The notes under the pieces are model-generated. The model ran no database searches, had not been told where the DNA came from, and saw only the letters and a list, made by a program, of their open reading frames with translations. From positions 410,165-422,373 of the forward strand of contig JBCBUK010000003.1 of NCBI GenBank assembly GCA_039818205.1: a stretch of DNA of 12,209 nt, read 5' to 3'. A program made the translations under genes and the position numbers. Origin of the DNA: Verrucomicrobiota bacterium. Lineage in GTDB: Bacteria > Verrucomicrobiota > Verrucomicrobiia > Opitutales > Cerasicoccaceae. Below, in pieces: positions 8,197 through 12,209 of the stretch; within the stretch, counting starts at the first letter, position 1, and the number at the start of each line of letters is the position of its first letter.

Positions 8197-9180
8197 TCAA
8201 TGGTTTTCATTCAAGGAGCATACAACGTTACTCGCGACCCGCTCGCTATAGGAGTTGATCTTCCAATGGCCAGGGCTCCAACCTTTTAGAAAGCGATGGA
8301 AGTCTGTCCATGCAATTGGATAGAGTGAGCGCCAATCCGCTTCGAGTGCACCGACGTCAACAGGATGCCTTACCGAATCGATTGCCGCCCTTAGCTGCTT
8401 AAAGTAGTGGCCAAGGAGCTCGGATTCACGCGCACTGCATTCATCCTCGCTCAAACAGCTACCGATAAAATACGCGAGGTCCTTCATTCCGCAACCTCCG
8501 CCAACATATTGAAAATCGACGGCAGCTACTCTGTCATTGGTTTTCGAGAAACAGAAATTCGCCAGCTTAGCGTCTCCATGCACAAGCGTTTGGAAAGGAC
8601 TGGCACGGAGTAAGCGATCCAGTTCGCCCGCTATACCCGCGAGCGCGGCATCTTCGGTCTTGAGAACCTCCAACTCATCTTGCCGTGTATCAAGATGCCA
8701 GTATGTCCCGACGGGCCAAAGATCCGGGCATTCCTCTCCTAGAAAAGTAGCATGAAAGTGAGCAAGCCAATTGATGCACATCTCCAACTCTGCATCGTTA
8801 ACTTGGGTGCGGCGCAAAGCGTAGCCAGAAGCGTTGAGGTCTTCCAGAACTAATGCGATCTCGTCCCCTTCCTTTTCGATCGAAAAGCACCTTCCGACGC
8901 GTGACTCCGCTGAGCAACGCGCCGAGTAATTTTGATACCAAGCCGCCTCGATCTGATAGGAACGCAGTTTTCTTCGATGGGACAGACTAGTATTCCAACC
9001 TCGAGGATGGCTTTGTGCGCCAGGAGGTGAGACATGCTTAACAATCACACTCGAATATTTCCATCCCTCAAGAGGATATCGCACAATTGAACCATAGCCG
9101 CTCCAGAGTGATTGGACCACCTCGGGCTCACCAATGTCGGTCACGCCGGTTACGGAACGGATAGTGGATTCAATATTCAT
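8197..9180 (-). CDS. APH/choline-kinase-fold phosphotransferase (ecdysteroid-kinase-like EcKL / DUF1679 type)
   Basis: QSLWSGYG glycine loop, VIVK lysine, SYQIE, LVLEDL, Brenner motif [14 protein letters not shown], and [18 protein letters not shown]. Confidence 0.88.
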   Translation of the reverse strand: MNIESTIRSVTGVTDIGEPEVVQSLWSGYGSIVRYPLEGWKYSSVIVKHVSPPGAQSHPRGWNTSLSHRRKLRSYQIEAAWYQNYSARCSAESRVGRCFSIEKEGDEIALVLEDLNASGYALRRTQVNDAELEMCINWLAHFHATFLGEECPDLWPVGTYWHLDTRQDELEVLKTEDAALAGIAGELDRLLRASPFQTLVHGDAKLANFCFSKTNDRVAAVDFQYVGGGCGMKDLAYFIGSCLSEDECSARESELLGHYFKQLRAAIDSVRHPVDVGALEADWRSLYPIAWTDFHRFLKGWSPGHWKINSYSERVASNVVCSLNENH

Positions 9181-9496
9181 ACCTGAACAGACAGTTCATC
9201 GAGTACTAAAGGTATGTAAACAGAATTTTGTTCCGCTATGATCAAAGCGATCTGGAGTGAATTGCCTTAGCGCAGTGTGAACCTAGAAAACTCTCTTGGA
9301 GATTCATTGAAAGTGCCAGGATCTGAGCCGGATCGGAGCTGAAGGGCATGCGACGAGGTGCCGGAGTCAGCTGGCGTGATCGAACCAACGAGCTGAAGAT
9401 TCCAACACAAGACTTGTCTCTATGCGATGGAGTGAGGACTTGAGTAGGTGAGGAACAATGCTTTGTGCGGAGCTAACAGGAAGTGGCGCAATTAAC

Positions 9497-9518
9497 GCTT
9501 TGCCAAACGGTGCAAAGC
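9497..9518 (-). terminator. Possible hairpin downstream of the response regulator (weak terminator candidate)
   Basis: GCTTTGC (9497-9503) and GCAAAGC (9512-9518) form a 7-bp stem with an 8-nt loop, 28 bp after the regulator stop. Only GTTAATT follows on the minus strand, a poor U-tract. Confidence 0.35.
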
Positions 9519-9546
9519 CCTCCATTGCGAGGAAGAAGATATTTAG

Positions 9547-10200
9547 CTAGTCTGCTTTCTGCGATCCGTCCTGATTATCAATGTGAAATATCCCGTCACG
9601 GATCGCTTTGATGGCGGCCTGCGTTCTATCTGCGGCATTCAATTTCTCGAGAATTCGGGATACATGGAGTTTTACGGTGCCCTCAGAAATTTCGAGTTTA
9701 TTGGTAATGTCTTTGTTGCTGTGTCCACTGACTATTAGACCAAGGACTTCATGTTCCCGGTTGGTGAGCGACGGTCTTTTATTTCGGGTGGTGAACCGCG
9801 CCGCAATAGGGGCTGGAAAATAGGTTGCGCCCTTATGCACCTCCCTTATCGCTTCTAAGACCTCCTCGACATCACCATTTTTATTCAGATAGCCGCGAAC
9901 GCCTGCATTGATGGCTTTCCAGATATCTTCTTCTCCTTCGAATATTGAGATTAGCACGATTTGGGCGTCGGGAAACTCATCAATGATTTTTTTGGTACAT
10001 TCGATACCATCTCCACCGGGCATTTGGTAGTCCATAGTGACCACGTCGGGTTTCAGCTTTCGATATTGTTCAATAGCTCGGCTGCTGGTATCTGCTTCGC
10101 CGACAACCTTGAAGTTTTCTTCGGAATCTATCGCCTCGGTTAAACCCAACCGAAGGATTGAGTTGTCGTCGACAACCATTACTTTTACGACGTCGTCCAT
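9547..10200 (-). CDS. NarL/LuxR-family two-component response regulator
   Basis: Receiver motifs VMVVDD, DVVTMDYQMP (phospho-Asp) and GYLNK. LuxR HTH: LTNREHEVLGLIVSGHSNKDI...ISEGTVKLHVSRILEKL...DRTQA. Confidence 0.96.
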   Translation of the reverse strand: MDDVVKVMVVDDNSILRLGLTEAIDSEENFKVVGEADTSSRAIEQYRKLKPDVVTMDYQMPGGDGIECTKKIIDEFPDAQIVLISIFEGEEDIWKAINAGVRGYLNKNGDVEEVLEAIREVHKGATYFPAPIAARFTTRNKRPSLTNREHEVLGLIVSGHSNKDITNKLEISEGTVKLHVSRILEKLNAADRTQAAIKAIRDGIFHIDNQDGSQKAD

Positions 10201-10219
10201 AGTTTTCGGTATCTTGGTT

Positions 10220-12208
10220 TTATGTTCGGTTGGGTACTGATAGTGAAATGACGGTCCCGTGGCCGACCGTGCTCATGATATCCAGTTCCGCCTCGAGGCG
10301 ATTGGCCCGTTCTCGCATTCCCTGAAGGCCGAAGCGCTCGGATTTTTGAAGTCTATCTACCTCAAATCCAATGCCATCGTCACTTACACGGAGGTCGGTG
10401 GATTCTTCGCTGTAGTTGAGCTCCACTTCTATTTTTGATGCATTGGCATGGTGGGCAGAATTGGTCATTGCTTCAGTCGCTACCCTCAAGAGGTGGCGAT
10501 CAACGGACGGATTCAGGCGGCGCCTGTTTCCAATGATCCTGAATGTAAATTCGGCAGAGCACTCGCTAGACAACGACTCAACTCTTTGCTGAATGGCATC
10601 TGCTAGATCCATTTTCTCCAGGATACCACCACGGAGCTCTAAGATAGAATTCCGCGATTCCTCACGGCAGAAACGTAGCATGCCTGCGGACTGCTGAAGC
10701 AGCGCCAAGCTTTGATCGGGGGAAGTCTTGAACTTCCGGCTGCAGTTGTTCAGATGAAGAGCCATGCCAGCTAACCCTTGTTCCAATGTGTCGTGTAGCT
10801 CGCGTGCGATGCGTTGACGTTCACTGAGGATGGACTCTCGCTCAATCTGTTCGCCGATGATCAATGTTTGTCTCGAGACGTGCTTGCGCAGGAGAATGAT
10901 CCAGATGAAGAATAGGCCAGCGATGGTTAATACAGTTCCAAACATCCAAAGAAGCCGTGTGGTCGTCCACCAAGGTGCTGCCTTTAGGATGGTCAAACCA
11001 TCGCCAGGTCGTACTTCAAGCCATAGGCTTTCAGTGAAATTCTGCCAGTGGTGTTCTCTATTCGGAACGAGATTGGATATACCAACTAATTTCAGTTCGG
11101 CCCCCGGTTGTAGATTCTTGGTTAACTCGGCTCCTATTGGAAGACGGGCTTCAAAAATCCGATTGCCCGAGCTACAAAGAAGGCTGTATCGTTCAGTCGG
11201 CAATGTTTCATCGCTTGGGTTGTTGCTGAAGCGAGAAATTCCGAATGATTCACCAAACTCGATGAGAGTTGCATCGATCTCGACCAGCTCATAGTTCCAG
11301 TTCGGGTTGATCGGGTCATTCAGGTCTATTCTTCTAGGTTTGGGTGCTGGCTTCTTCTCGAGGACCGTGACGTCGCGTGCGCGAAAGGCTGGGCTTATCG
11401 GCTGTGGCCAGATAAAGCCTAATAGATCAACGTAGTCCCCAGGCTGGAGGTCGGAATCGCCAGCGGTGATTACTTTGAGGCTTGCCTTATCACCCCGTAC
11501 AAACAGCCGATCCTCGCTGCAGTAAGTGACTGTTCCACGGGTATGCATCGCCTTCTGGTAGTTGGCGTTGGCTCGCATCAGTGCTTCGATTGGGCGAATG
11601 TCCATATTCAGCCATTCTTCGCCAACATTGTTGATCTCGAGATCATCAATTGAATTGGCGAGAAACCGTCTTCCAGTCATCTGCCGATTCTGGTTGAAAA
11701 CGGTTTCGGCAACGGCAGACGTGAACACTCGGTGAAAAAGCATCTTCGAAATCTGTTTCAATGCCTCCTCCGAGTAGGGGAGCAATACCTTCGATGATAA
11801 ACCAAAGTGCTCAAGATTAACCACAATGTAGTCGCTATTGGGCGGAACGCCGATATCGGTAATTCGCCCTTGGATCGAAACCCAGTTCGCATCGATATTG
11901 CTCGATGGCCGGCTTAACTCATACAAATGCAACTTTCTTGATTCTGGGAGCGGTGCCCAATCAATGATTTGGATTTTATCAGCATCTATCGTGGGAAGAA
12001 AGCCGCCAGGTGTTGCGCGTCCACTGACTTTGACTATGGAGCCAACTCGAAGGTCTTCGTATTCTTGATTTGAATGGGGCAAATCGACAAGAATGCCATG
12101 GTTACCGTCGAAAATGTAGATCCCATTGCTGTGTGGTTGAAGGTGAGTAACCTGTGCTTTAACGGCAACGGGAAGGCTATTTTCGGCAGCCTCGGGCTCG
12201 AGCCTTTT
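10220..12208 (-). CDS. Sensor histidine kinase, HisKA_3 (NarX/DesK-type), with a large extracytoplasmic domain of OB-fold-like repeats; 5'-partial
   Basis: H-box ERQRIARELHDTLEQGL, N-box EAMTNSAHHA, G-boxes DDGIGF and FGLQGMRERA. One TM follows APWWT. The frame stays open upstream of the TTG at 12082 to the window edge (KRLEPEAAENSLPVAVKAQVTHLQPHSNGIYIFDGNHGILVDLPH). The stop lies 19 bp before the regulator's start. Confidence 0.93.
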   Translation of the reverse strand, partial: KRLEPEAAENSLPVAVKAQVTHLQPHSNGIYIFDGNHGILVDLPHSNQEYEDLRVGSIVKVSGRATPGGFLPTIDADKIQIIDWAPLPESRKLHLYELSRPSSNIDANWVSIQGRITDIGVPPNSDYIVVNLEHFGLSSKVLLPYSEEALKQISKMLFHRVFTSAVAETVFNQNRQMTGRRFLANSIDDLEINNVGEEWLNMDIRPIEALMRANANYQKAMHTRGTVTYCSEDRLFVRGDKASLKVITAGDSDLQPGDYVDLLGFIWPQPISPAFRARDVTVLEKKPAPKPRRIDLNDPINPNWNYELVEIDATLIEFGESFGISRFSNNPSDETLPTERYSLLCSSGNRIFEARLPIGAELTKNLQPGAELKLVGISNLVPNREHHWQNFTESLWLEVRPGDGLTILKAAPWWTTTRLLWMFGTVLTIAGLFFIWIILLRKHVSRQTLIIGEQIERESILSERQRIARELHDTLEQGLAGMALHLNNCSRKFKTSPDQSLALLQQSAGMLRFCREESRNSILELRGGILEKMDLADAIQQRVESLSSECSAEFTFRIIGNRRRLNPSVDRHLLRVATEAMTNSAHHANASKIEVELNYSEESTDLRVSDDGIGFEVDRLQKSERFGLQGMRERANRLEAELDIMSTVGHGTVISLSVPNRT

Positions 12209-12209
12209 A

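Noticed and set aside
10830..11294. 154-aa antisense ORF, and the other antisense or alternate-frame ORFs inside the large genes (e.g. 5590-5982, 6313-6696, 126-440)
   Set aside because: Shadow ORFs of well-supported genes, with no recognisable domains.
12080..12082. TTG start at 12082 for the histidine kinase
   Set aside because: The frame is open to the window edge with plausible protein sequence, and there is no signal or TM segment at this start. The gene is 5'-partial.
1..12209. CRISPR array, tRNA/rRNA, IS element, recombinase or defence system
   Set aside because: I saw no regularly spaced repeats, RNA-gene signatures, or transposase/recombinase/nuclease motifs.

Overview
Chromosomal window from a bacterium that is probably PVC superphylum, most likely Verrucomicrobiota/Opitutia (inferred from gene families only; GC is about 50% by eye). 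It holds eight genes in three modules. (1) A minus-strand three-gene operon: a PSD1/DUF1549-DUF1553 planctomycete cytochrome c protein (2656-6000), a Tat-exported DUF1501 protein (1256-2653) and a DUF2231-like His-rich membrane domain + cytochrome c + LRR protein (33-1223). A divergent AraC-family regulator (6244-7110) faces this operon. (2) A tightly linked EcKL/DUF1679-like small-molecule kinase (8197-9180) and inositol-monophosphatase/CysQ-family phosphatase (7306-8190). (3) A NarX/NarL-type two-component pair whose kinase runs off the right edge. The most striking feature is at the left edge. Bases 1-110 are bounded by a perfect 12-bp inverted repeat. The enclosed DNA, read on the opposite strand, is the in-frame LRR continuation of the 33-1223 gene, so the gene's 3' part is inverted. 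This is either a fold-back/chimera artefact or a real micro-inversion. I saw no rRNA, tRNA, CRISPR array or mobile element.
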